64,000 nt of DNA, taken from contig JBOEGF010000008.1 in NCBI GenBank assembly GCA_050633305.1, positions 64,001 through 128,000 of the forward strand. Reading direction: 5' to 3'. The translations under genes were made by a program, and so were the position numbers. Positions 18,853 through 27,712 of this stretch are shown piece after piece. The notes below the pieces were generated by a model. The model searched no databases and was not told where the DNA came from. It saw only the letters and a list, made by a program, of their open reading frames with translations. The stretch is from Nannocystales bacterium (GTDB lineage Bacteria; Myxococcota_A; Polyangia; Nannocystales; Nannocystaceae). Within the stretch, counting starts at the first letter, position 1. Each line of letters opens with the position of its first letter.

Positions 18853-20478
18853 TCAGACCCGCATTCCGGGGGCCTCGCACTGCGTGCTCCGGGTGTACTC
18901 GGCGTACCCCCCGTCGTAGAAGCGTGGGCCATCCTCGCCGCCCAGCTCCAAGACGCGGTTGGAGACCTCGGTCAAGAACCGGCGGTCGTGGGAGACGAAC
19001 AGCATCGTCCCGGTGTAGCCAGCGAGCGCCTTGACCAGCATGTCCTTGGTATCGAGGTCCAGGTGGTTGGTGGGCTCGTCGAGCACCAGGAAGTTCGGCG
19101 GCTCGTAGAGCATGCTCGCGAGCACGAGCCGAACCTTCTCTCCACCCGACAACACGCGGACATACTTCTCCGCGTCGTCGCCTCGGAACCCAAACGCGCC
19201 CAACAAGCTGCGCAACGACCCTTGGGAAGCCCGCGGGAACTGCCCCTCGAGTTGGCCGATGACGGTCGCTCCAGCATCGAGAACCTCCATCGAGTGCTGG
19301 GCGAAGTAGCCCATCTTCACACTGGGGCCCACCTTCACGCTTCCGGAGTCGGGCTCGCTACGACCGGCGATCAACTTGAGCAAGGTGGACTTTCCCGCAC
19401 CGTTGATCCCCATCACACACCAGCGCTCGAGTCTGCGGATGGTGAGGTCGACGCCATCGTGGACCACGTGGTCGCCGTAGGCTTTGCGTACGCCTTGGAG
19501 GACCGCCACGTCCTCCCCTGAGCGCGGCGGCTTCGCAAAATCGAACTCGACCACCTCACGCCTCCGCGGTGGCGCCACCTTGTCGATCTTCTCGACCTTC
19601 TTGACCCGTGACTGCACCTGAGCCGCATGGCTGGCTCTGGCTTTGAACCGTGCGATGAACTCCCGCTCCTTGGCAAGCATGGCCTGCTGACGCGCGTAGT
19701 GGGCCTCGTGTTGGGCCGACAGCATCGCGCGCTGCTGTTCGTAGAAGTCGTAATTTCCACCGTGGGTGACAAGGTCTCCGCCGTCGACCTCCACGACCTT
19801 CGTGACCAGTCGGTTAAGAAGCTCCTTGTCGTGAGAGGTCATCATCACTGCCCCGCGGAACTCCATCAGCCACTTCTCCAGCCAGAGGATCGACTCGATG
19901 TCGAGGTGGTTGGTGGGCTCGTCCAGCAACAACACGTCCGGCTGCATGAGCAAGATGCGTGCGAGGGCCACTCGCATTTTCCACCCACCCGAGAGCTTCG
20001 CAACATCGTCGCCCACCACGGCCGCTGCAAAGCCCAGACCGGCGAGAATCTCCTGCGCCCGAGGTTCGAGTTCGAATCCTCCAAGCTCGGCATACCGGGA
20101 CTGCACTTCGCCATACCGCTCGATGATCTTGTCGAGTTCGTCCGCGCGCTCGGGGTCCGCCATCGCGGCTTCGAGTTCCGTCACCTCCACCGCGAGCGTC
20201 GACACTTCCCCGGCCCCCGCCATCACCTCCGCCAAAACCGACCGCCCGGACATCTCCCCGACATCCTGGTCGAAGTAGCCGATCGTGACCCCGCGCTCCA
20301 CCGCGACGCGCCCCTCGTCGGGCTGCTCTTCCCCGACGATCATGCGGAAGATCGTGGACTTGCCGGCTCCGTTCGGGCCCACCAAGCCCACCTTCTCACC
20401 CGCGTACAGGTTCATTGACGCGCCGGTGTAGAGGATCTGCGACCCGTGGCTGAGAGCGATGTTGTCGACCGTGATCAT
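18853..20478 (-). CDS. ABC-F family ATPase
   Basis: Two ABC domains (GPNGAGKST/LSGGWKMR/LDEPTNHLD; GINGAGKST/LSGGEK), no TM. Confidence 0.95.
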   Translation of the reverse strand: MITVDNIALSHGSQILYTGASMNLYAGEKVGLVGPNGAGKSTIFRMIVGEEQPDEGRVAVERGVTIGYFDQDVGEMSGRSVLAEVMAGAGEVSTLAVEVTELEAAMADPERADELDKIIERYGEVQSRYAELGGFELEPRAQEILAGLGFAAAVVGDDVAKLSGGWKMRVALARILLMQPDVLLLDEPTNHLDIESILWLEKWLMEFRGAVMMTSHDKELLNRLVTKVVEVDGGDLVTHGGNYDFYEQQRAMLSAQHEAHYARQQAMLAKEREFIARFKARASHAAQVQSRVKKVEKIDKVAPPRRREVVEFDFAKPPRSGEDVAVLQGVRKAYGDHVVHDGVDLTIRRLERWCVMGINGAGKSTLLKLIAGRSEPDSGSVKVGPSVKMGYFAQHSMEVLDAGATVIGQLEGQFPRASQGSLRSLLGAFGFRGDDAEKYVRVLSGGEKVRLVLASMLYEPPNFLVLDEPTNHLDLDTKDMLVKALAGYTGTMLFVSHDRRFLTEVSNRVLELGGEDGPRFYDGGYAEYTRSTQCEAPGMRV

Positions 20479-20544
20479 CGGAGCGCGGAGGGTATCAGCG
20501 AGGGCAGCAAATGGCGCGCCGCCGCCGGTTCCGCAGCGGCACGG

Positions 20545-21546
20545 TCATCGACCCAGCACTCGGAGCCCCACGTGGCCGAACAGGAGCAGCGTAAACGCGA
20601 TGTTGCGCGGAATCGCGGCCAGCCATCGCTGCGCAGGTGGAGGTGTTCCGTCGGCGAGGGCTTGGCCAAGGCGGCGCAACTGCAGGACCGTCAAGGGCCA
20701 ATCCGAGAGCCCGTCGATCCACGCGGAGGGCAACGCTGCTGCCCCATGGCGGGCGCCCACAATCGCCCCGACGATCGCCCCGGTCGTATCGGTGTCACCG
20801 CCCAGCCGTACCGCCGCCTCGATCGCCCCGCGAGCATCATCGTGTTTCCGAATGCAATACACGACAGCAGGGAGGGTGTGCACGATGAACCCTGAGACCC
20901 CGCGTTCGAATCCGGCCTCGATTCGAAACCCGTCCAAGTCCGCTTCGCTGCTCCACGCGGATGCGACCCGCCCGCGAAAGACCTCATCCCGAATCTCCTC
21001 GATGACTCCCGCATCGACGCGTCCGTTCGCCTCCTGCCGCGCCACCCGGGCAACGAACACGGCGCCATCCAGCGCGCGAGGGTCGGTGTGGGTCATGCAT
21101 GTCGAGGCCTGAACGAGCTCGACCAAATGCCCGTCATCTCGAGCGCAGATTCCGAGTAGCGCTGAGCGCATCGCCGGACCGTTTCCCGCGGAGAAGACGC
21201 CACTGCGTCGTGGTGATACGCCCAACAGAAGCCGCAGCGCGCCACGGGCGGTCGCAAACCCGACACCGGGCGGGGCCGAGAGCATCCAGCGTCGGAGTTG
21301 TCCGGCCATCGAGGCCCGAAACCGTTCGAGCTCGCCATCCGACTCCCCCAGCGCCCGCGCGACGATGCACGTGTGCTCCGTGTCGTCGCTCAGCAGACCT
21401 CGGCGAAATGCCATCTGGTGCTCGAGCCCGGTCGAGCGAAGCCGCCGGGCGATACGGTCCGGTCCCAGTCCTTCGTGTGGCAGCCCAATCGCATCTCCGA
21501 CGGCGGTCCCCAACAGCACACCCATGATCGTGTCCAACTCCGGCAT
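20545..21546 (-). CDS. ADP-ribosylglycohydrolase family protein
   Basis: 'GTAVGDAIGLPHEG', 'SDDTEH', 'SAGNGPAMR', 'THTDPR', 'GGDTDTTGAIVGA'. Confidence 0.92.
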   Translation of the reverse strand: MPELDTIMGVLLGTAVGDAIGLPHEGLGPDRIARRLRSTGLEHQMAFRRGLLSDDTEHTCIVARALGESDGELERFRASMAGQLRRWMLSAPPGVGFATARGALRLLLGVSPRRSGVFSAGNGPAMRSALLGICARDDGHLVELVQASTCMTHTDPRALDGAVFVARVARQEANGRVDAGVIEEIRDEVFRGRVASAWSSEADLDGFRIEAGFERGVSGFIVHTLPAVVYCIRKHDDARGAIEAAVRLGGDTDTTGAIVGAIVGARHGAAALPSAWIDGLSDWPLTVLQLRRLGQALADGTPPPAQRWLAAIPRNIAFTLLLFGHVGLRVLGR

Positions 21547-21804
21547 CGACGCGGGACGGAGCAACCGGTGTGCCAAGTCTGGATTCCGCCGTGTTGCGGT
21601 CCGGACGCAGGGGCATTGTGTCGGTCGCGCCGTTCGATGCCGACGAATCAGCATTCGTCGCGACGGGGTCATCAGGCCCCGAATCCCATCGGCCGAGGGA
21701 ACGCACGACACTGATGTCAGTCCTGGGCGAGGTGTCGCACGAATACGCGCAACTTTGGAATCGCCCGACCCGTACAACGCACGGTTTTTTGCGCGAACTC
21801 GACC

Positions 21805-21820
21805 TGGCACCGGCTTCGCA
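21805..21820 (+). promoter_or_regulatory. Putative sigma-54 promoter (-24/-12)
   Basis: TGGCACCGGCTTCGCA = GG-N10-GC, 25 nt before ATG 21845, with GAGGT RBS. Confidence 0.6.
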
Positions 21821-21844
21821 TCCCTCCAACACTTAGAGGTGAAC

Positions 21845-24817
21845 ATGATTGGCTTGAATACGACGACTCGATGGGCTGCCTTGGTGCTCGCAGCCGCTGC
21901 GCTGGCAGGGTGCGCCCAAGAGGCGGGGCCCGCCGCCGCGGAGGACTTCGTTTCGGACAACCCCTACGGCGGGGAAAACGGGGGCAGTGGGACTGGGGAC
22001 CCGACCGACGGCGGTGATGACGGGGGCGGGGACTCCGGGGGCGATGACGGCTCACGCGATGTGGCCGAGGCCGACATCGTGCATATCGAGGGCGACCGCT
22101 TGTACGCCCTCTCTCGTTATGGCGGCCTGACGATCGTCGACGTCTCCACACCCGACGAACTCCCCGTCTTGGGACGTTTCCGGGCCCACGCCGAACCGTT
22201 CGAGATGTACGTCGAGCAGGGACAGGTCTTCGTCATGTACCAGGGCTGGGGCGAGTACGCCGAGGACCCCGAGAGCGGTGAGTACACCTGGCAAGCCGAC
22301 AGCCGGCTGCTCGCGCTCGACGCTTCGAACCCGGCGAGCATCAGCGTCGAGGGAGACTTTTCGATGCCCGGATACCTCTCCGACTCCCGTCGTGTTGGGG
22401 ATGTGCTGTACATCGTGAGCAAGGAGGACAGTTGGTGCTGGTCCTGCGCCGAGGGAACCAACGACACGGTCGTCACCTCACTCGACGTCTCGGACGAGAC
22501 CGACGTGCAGATGGTCGACCAGCTTCGGTTGGAAGACGAGCACAGCTGGGGCGGCCTGCGCAGCGTGAGCGCCAACGACCAGCGGCTGTACATCGGTGGA
22601 CCCGACTGGAACGCGGGACCCGACGATTTTTCCACGATCGAGGTCATCGACATCAGTGACCCTTCGGGCTCCTTGAGCGCCGGAGCCAGCATCGCGGTGG
22701 CCGGACGCATCGAGAGCCGCTGGCAGATGGATGAGCACGAGGGCGTCCTGCGCGTGATCAGCCAACCGGGCTGGTCGAGCACGACTCCGCCCCGCGTCGA
22801 AACCTTCGAGGTCACCACCGCCACGGACATCACCCCTGTGGGCAACCTCGCCATGACCCTGCCTCGGCCCGAAACGCTGCAGAGCGTACGCTTCGACGGC
22901 GAACGCGCGTACGCGATCACCTTCGAGCAAACCGACCCGCTGTTCACACTCGACCTCTCCGACCCTGCCGTGCCCGTACAAGTCGGAGAACTCGAAATCC
23001 CCGGCTTCGTCTACCACATGGAGACTCGGGGCGACCGCGTGCTCGGGATCGGATTCGACCGCGACAACCCCAACGGCTCCCTCAACGCCAGCCTGTTCGA
23101 CGTCTCTGATTTCGCCAACCCGACGATGCTCGAGCGGGTGAACTTTGGCGGAGACTGGGCCTCCTTCGCCGAGGACCAAGACCGCCTCCACAAGAGCTTC
23201 CAGGTGCTCGACGAGCACGGACTGCTCCTCGTTCCATTCAGCGGATGGTCCGACAACGGAGATGGCGACAGCTGCGGCGAGTACCTCAGCGGTATCCAAC
23301 TCGTGGACTGGGCAGACGACACGCTCGCCCTGCGCGGGGTCGCTCCCATGTCCGGCAACGCCCGTCGGTCCCTCCTCCACGACGAGCGCCTGCTGGCGGT
23401 CTCCGACAGCTCGGTCGAGGTGTTCGACGTCAGCGACCGAGACACCCCCGAGCGGACAACCCAGCTCACCACCGCCAACATCGCAGACCACCTCGCGATG
23501 AGCGACGACGGGGCGGTGATGGTCCGGATGGCGACCGACTGGTGGAGTGGCGAGACCCGGCTCGAAACGGTCGACCCTGCAACCCCACAGAGCCCACTGG
23601 CCCTGGGCTCGCTGTCCCTCGACCCGCTCACGCCTCCTCCTCCCGCAGGACCCGAAGGCGCCGAGTGGGGCTGCGCCCACTACGGATACCTGCAAAGCGA
23701 GATGTTCGTGCACGATGGGTTCGTGTACCTGGTCCGCGAAGATTCCCTCGGGGGTGGCTGGGGTCCGGATGCGAACACGGTGATCGACGTTGTTGATGTG
23801 ACGGACCCGTCCGCGCCTACGTACCTCGAATCGCTGGAGATCCCCGGCACTCGCAGCCGGTCCGCCGGGCAAAGCGTCAGCAGCGACGAGGAAGCCGTTC
23901 GTATCGTGGGCGACACGATGGTGATTGTCACGGGATTCCAGGATTGGCAGGAGGACGGCCCGGGCTCTTCGGCGAGCTCATTCGAGCTCGTCGACCTCTC
24001 CGTCCCCGGAGCACCAACCCACGCCCAGTCGATCGCACGGCCCGAAGCCCTCGCCCACGGCGGTCTCCAGCTCCACGATGGGGTCGGTGTCTCGTGGCAC
24101 ATGGCGGCCGTCTCCGCCGATACGAGCAAGGTCCGGTTCTTCCTCGAACGGTTGGACCTCACCTCGGCGGCCGAGGCTTCGACCGCACCTCCGGTCAACG
24201 TGCCGGGTACTGTGATCGCCTGGGACAACGCTGCGAGCCGAGCCGTGGTGGTCGACTTCCAGCTCGAGTCCACATCGGACCAGGAGACGTGCTGGTCCCA
24301 CGCAGCGTCTTGGTACTCTTACGAGGACGATGCTTGTGCGCTCGTGCAACGTCCGCTTCACCTGCTGCAGGTCCATGCAGACGGCGCGACGCTGCTGGAC
24401 ACCGTAGACATCCAAGGTACGGACGGCGGGATTCGGCAGGCAACCGCCTCGGACGAACGCCTCTTCGTGAGTCTCCAGCACGGCAGCTACGCGTGGACGG
24501 AGGACGGTGGCTACATCGGCTCGCCGCAGTCCCAGGTCGCCATCGTGGCCGACTGGTCGGCAGACAGCTTGGCGGTCGCGGGCACACAGGTCGTTGGCCA
24601 CGGCGGCGGGTGGCTCGGCGAACTCACCGCGCTGGGCACCCAGCTCCTGTTCCAAGCCAGCTCAGGGCTCGGCCAGCTCGACGCCTCGAACCCCGCGGCA
24701 CCCAGCCTGACGCTCCACGAGCTGTGGGGCTCGTATTGCGCGGACCTCCACACCCGCGACGGCATCGCTTACTGCGCGGCGGGAGCGTGGGGTGTGCAAG
24801 CACTCCCGCTCGACTAG
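21845..24817 (+). CDS. Secreted beta-propeller domain lipoprotein
   Basis: 'LAGC' lipobox, 'EADIV', 'WQMDEHEGVLRV', 'VRFDGERAYAITFEQTDPLFTLDLSDP', 'GELEIPGF', LVIVD-like repeats. Confidence 0.85.
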   Translation: MIGLNTTTRWAALVLAAAALAGCAQEAGPAAAEDFVSDNPYGGENGGSGTGDPTDGGDDGGGDSGGDDGSRDVAEADIVHIEGDRLYALSRYGGLTIVDVSTPDELPVLGRFRAHAEPFEMYVEQGQVFVMYQGWGEYAEDPESGEYTWQADSRLLALDASNPASISVEGDFSMPGYLSDSRRVGDVLYIVSKEDSWCWSCAEGTNDTVVTSLDVSDETDVQMVDQLRLEDEHSWGGLRSVSANDQRLYIGGPDWNAGPDDFSTIEVIDISDPSGSLSAGASIAVAGRIESRWQMDEHEGVLRVISQPGWSSTTPPRVETFEVTTATDITPVGNLAMTLPRPETLQSVRFDGERAYAITFEQTDPLFTLDLSDPAVPVQVGELEIPGFVYHMETRGDRVLGIGFDRDNPNGSLNASLFDVSDFANPTMLERVNFGGDWASFAEDQDRLHKSFQVLDEHGLLLVPFSGWSDNGDGDSCGEYLSGIQLVDWADDTLALRGVAPMSGNARRSLLHDERLLAVSDSSVEVFDVSDRDTPERTTQLTTANIADHLAMSDDGAVMVRMATDWWSGETRLETVDPATPQSPLALGSLSLDPLTPPPPAGPEGAEWGCAHYGYLQSEMFVHDGFVYLVREDSLGGGWGPDANTVIDVVDVTDPSAPTYLESLEIPGTRSRSAGQSVSSDEEAVRIVGDTMVIVTGFQDWQEDGPGSSASSFELVDLSVPGAPTHAQSIARPEALAHGGLQLHDGVGVSWHMAAVSADTSKVRFFLERLDLTSAAEASTAPPVNVPGTVIAWDNAASRAVVVDFQLESTSDQETCWSHAASWYSYEDDACALVQRPLHLLQVHADGATLLDTVDIQGTDGGIRQATASDERLFVSLQHGSYAWTEDGGYIGSPQSQVAIVADWSADSLAVAGTQVVGHGGGWLGELTALGTQLLFQASSGLGQLDASNPAAPSLTLHELWGSYCADLHTRDGIAYCAAGAWGVQALPLD

Positions 24818-24830
24818 CCGCCTCGCCGCT

Positions 24831-25946
24831 CTAGGCTCCGCGTTCGCGGAAGTACTCGATGGTCTCCGACCAGCCTTGCTGGAACGAGAGCAGCGGCACG
24901 TACTCCAGGTCGCGCTCCGCTCTGGAGATGTCGAACCATCGATCGATGAGCAGCATCTTGACCGCAAAGGTGTTGAGCTTGAGCTTGCGCATCACGTGGG
25001 GGTACGGCTTCCCGGTCGCCTTGGACATCACCTGCCCCACGCCCATCGTCGCCCGAGCCGCGCCCATCATCAGCCATGGGGGCAGCGAGCGCTTGGCCTT
25101 GAGTGATGGAAGCCCGACCCCTGTGACCGCTTGTTCCAACGCATCCCACAGCAGCTGTGGCTCTTTGTCGGTGCAAACGTAGAACTTCGCGAGGGCCGCG
25201 GATCCTTCGTGTAGAGCCTCGGCGCCGAGGATCAGCCCGTGGCAGTAGTTGTCCACGTGTGTGAACGAGATCTTGTTTTTTCCATCTCCGAACACACGAA
25301 GCTTCCCGCCACGCGCGGCTTCGAGGATGCTCGGCAAGAACAGTGGGTCCCGGGGTCCGTAGACCTGGTGGGGCGCGACCGCGATCGTCATCAGCGTGTC
25401 GGAACACGCCTCGAGCACCGCCTGCTCGCCCATCGCTTTCGTACGGGCGTAAGTCGCGTGGAACTGCGGAGAGTAGGTGCCACCGTTGTCCGCCTCGAGC
25501 TCGTCTTCCCGTTTGCCGCGGACGTTGGGGTCGGGGTACGGAAACCGAGTGCTCGGGCTGCTGCTCAAGACAAGCTTGCGGATCCCGTGGGTGCGGCAGG
25601 CTTCAAGCACGTTGAGGCAGCCTCCGTAGTTGACCGCCTCGTACGTGTGCTCCTCGTGATAGGGGCCGACCAACGCGGCCAGGTGGAACACGCACTCCAC
25701 GCCTTCGCAGGCATTCTTGACCGCCTCGGCGTCGGTGATATCACCACGAACAACTTCGACTTCGGGCTGCGTGAACGGTTCGGGCGGCTCACCGATATCG
25801 AAGGCTACGACACGCTCTGCACCGCGCTCGATCAACATCTCGACCAAGCGTTGGCCAACGAAGCCACTGGATCCCGTCACCACGGCGGTGCGGGGAACGT
25901 CACGGAAGCCGGGCTGATCGGAGGCCTGCGTCATCGGTCGCAGCAT
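24831..25946 (-). CDS. 3-beta-hydroxysteroid dehydrogenase/decarboxylase-like extended SDR (NSDHL/ERG26-like)
   Basis: 'VTGSSGFVG', 'VFHLAALVGP', 'SSSPS', 'YARTKAMGE', 'PHQVYGPRD', 'FTHVDN', 'FDISRAERDLEY'. Confidence 0.8.
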   Translation of the reverse strand: MLRPMTQASDQPGFRDVPRTAVVTGSSGFVGQRLVEMLIERGAERVVAFDIGEPPEPFTQPEVEVVRGDITDAEAVKNACEGVECVFHLAALVGPYHEEHTYEAVNYGGCLNVLEACRTHGIRKLVLSSSPSTRFPYPDPNVRGKREDELEADNGGTYSPQFHATYARTKAMGEQAVLEACSDTLMTIAVAPHQVYGPRDPLFLPSILEAARGGKLRVFGDGKNKISFTHVDNYCHGLILGAEALHEGSAALAKFYVCTDKEPQLLWDALEQAVTGVGLPSLKAKRSLPPWLMMGAARATMGVGQVMSKATGKPYPHVMRKLKLNTFAVKMLLIDRWFDISRAERDLEYVPLLSFQQGWSETIEYFRERGA

Positions 25947-26074
25947 GGACCGACGAGCGGTCGAGACTCAAGGGCGAGAGCGTGCGACGGAGCACGCATC
26001 GGAGCGAGCCCCAGAACCACGAAAAAGAGGGCCGCGGGCCGAACATCGACCGCGGCCCCCGAATCGAACGTCGG

Positions 26075-26473
26075 TCATGCTCCGGCGTCGGCCGCCTTGG
26101 CCTCTTTCTTCTCCGCCTCGATTTGTGCTCGGACCTCGTCCATGTCGAGTTCGCGAACCTTCGTGATCATCTCCTCGAGCGCCGAAGGCGGAAGTGCGCC
26201 TGCTTCTTGTGCAAGCAGGATGTTGTCCCGAAACACCATCAGTGTCGGAATCGAGCGAATCTGGAACGCTTGCGCCAACGCCTGCTGAGCCTCGGTGTCG
26301 ATCTTTCCGAACTTGATGTCGGGGTGCTTTGCCGCCGCCGCTTCGAACGTCGGAGCGAATGCGCGACACGGTCCGCACCAGGCAGCCCAGAAATCGAGCA
26401 GCACGATGCCCTCTTTGACGGTGTCGGGAAAGTTGCTCTCCGTAATCTCGAGCGTGGATCCTTGCGTTGCCAT
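26075..26473 (-). CDS. trxA: Thioredoxin
   Basis: 'DFWAAWCGPC', 'IRSIPTL'; GGAGG SD before ATG 26473. Confidence 0.93.
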   Translation of the reverse strand: MATQGSTLEITESNFPDTVKEGIVLLDFWAAWCGPCRAFAPTFEAAAAKHPDIKFGKIDTEAQQALAQAFQIRSIPTLMVFRDNILLAQEAGALPPSALEEMITKVRELDMDEVRAQIEAEKKEAKAADAGA

Positions 26474-26477
26474 ATCA

Positions 26478-26510
26478 GCCTCCACCCCTACAACGAGTTG
26501 GGGTGGAGGC
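26478..26510 (-). promoter_or_regulatory. 11-bp inverted repeat covering the trxA Shine-Dalgarno
   Basis: GCCTCCACCCC-N11-GGGGTGGAGGC; on the trxA strand the 3' arm contains GGAGG. Confidence 0.55.
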
Positions 26511-26683
26511 AGGTTACGGCACGTCCGCCGCCCCGGGGGAGCAGCCGGCTACGCGTTGGCACACGCCGGAAACCGGTGCGTGGATTGGCTCCCGCCACCG
26601 CGGTGTACGAAGCCGTGCGCCCAGACACGCGCCCGCCCAGGTCTTCCTTGCGAGCAGACCAACCGCTACGGTCTCGTTGAACG

Positions 26684-27376
26684 ATGGCCTCCCCCACTGA
26701 CCCCATCACCGAGTTGCCGACCCGAGACGGGTACGACCGCTGGTCTTCGAGCTACGACAGCTACGACAATCCGCTGATTGCACTCGAGGAGCCGGTGGTT
26801 CGGGAGCGCATTGGATCGCCGAAGGGCTTGGACGTCCTCGACGTCGGATGCGGGACGGGTCGGCACGCGCACTGGATGGCCCGGAATGGCGCCCATGTGA
26901 CCGGCGTCGATTTCTCGCTGGGCATGCTCGAACAGCTGCGCAGCAAGGACGCGCCCGAGCTCCGTCTCATCGAACACGACCTCACACAGGGGCTGCCGCA
27001 GACGGATGACAGCGCGGACCTTGTCACCTGCTGTCTCGTGCTTGAGCACCTGCCAAAGCTTGAGCTCATCTTCGCGGAGATGGCCCGGGTCTGCCGACCC
27101 GGAGGGCGTGTTCTCATCAGCGATTTTCACCCCGAGATGCTCCGGCGGGGCTACCACGCACGCTTCCGCGAGGCTCCGGGCGGACCGAAGTTTCAGATGC
27201 AGGGAGAGGCGCACACGATCTCGGACTACGTGATGGCTGCAACCCAAGCCGGGTTCGCCATCACCCACGCCTCCGAGCACACCATGACGTCGACACTTGC
27301 CGAGTCCTCTCGAAGTGCGAAGAAGTGGATCGGGCTCCCCCTGTTGTTCGTGCTCGAGTGCACCCAGGCGCGGTGA
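26684..27376 (+). CDS. Class I SAM-dependent methyltransferase
   Basis: 'GYDRWS..YD', 'VLDVGCGTGRH', 'GVDFSLGML', 'RVCRPGG.V.ISDFHP'. Confidence 0.9.
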   Translation: MASPTDPITELPTRDGYDRWSSSYDSYDNPLIALEEPVVRERIGSPKGLDVLDVGCGTGRHAHWMARNGAHVTGVDFSLGMLEQLRSKDAPELRLIEHDLTQGLPQTDDSADLVTCCLVLEHLPKLELIFAEMARVCRPGGRVLISDFHPEMLRRGYHARFREAPGGPKFQMQGEAHTISDYVMAATQAGFAITHASEHTMTSTLAESSRSAKKWIGLPLLFVLECTQAR

Positions 27377-27494
27377 CGGCCCCGTAGCGCCCGCCGCGAC
27401 GCAGGTCCGTCAGCGGGGCCACGAGCCGGACTCCGGGCGGATGCTGCGTGTCTCGACGCGCCGGGGTGCTTCTCGATGCGTTCCGCGGTGGCAC

Positions 27495-27524
27495 TTGACG
27501 CTGCACGCACACATCACCGATGCT
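27495..27524 (+). promoter_or_regulatory. Putative sigma-70 promoter TTGACG-N18-GATGCT
   Basis: Near-consensus -35; -10 keeps the conserved A and T. Confidence 0.45.
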
Positions 27525-27530
27525 TGCGTC

Positions 27531-27712
27531 AGGGCGATGACTCGCGCCCAACCCCAAGGTCGGACCCCCAGCGCCGGCATCCAACGTGGGACCCAACGAG
27601 GGAACAGGGGCAAAGGAGGGCAAACCTCCGAGTCGGGATCCGAACACCTTTGAGCGTCGTCGGTGCGCATGGCTGGGGCATGGCTCGTGACGGCAGCACG
27701 AAGGAAATCGGA
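27531..27712 (+). ncRNA. Candidate structured cis-regulatory leader RNA
   Basis: Several stems incl. CCCCAGC/GCTGGGG, GGAGG-GCAAA-CCTCC, AAGGTCGGA/TCCGA..ACCTT. Confidence 0.4.

Noticed and set aside
20545..21546. ADP-ribosylglycohydrolase as a toxin-antitoxin or immunity component
   Set aside because: No ADP-ribosyltransferase or Rhs toxin is recognisable in the neighbourhood.
27489..27505. TGGCAC...TGCA as a sigma-54 promoter
   Set aside because: Spacing is GG-N11-GC rather than N10; the overlapping TTGACG -35 is a better explanation.
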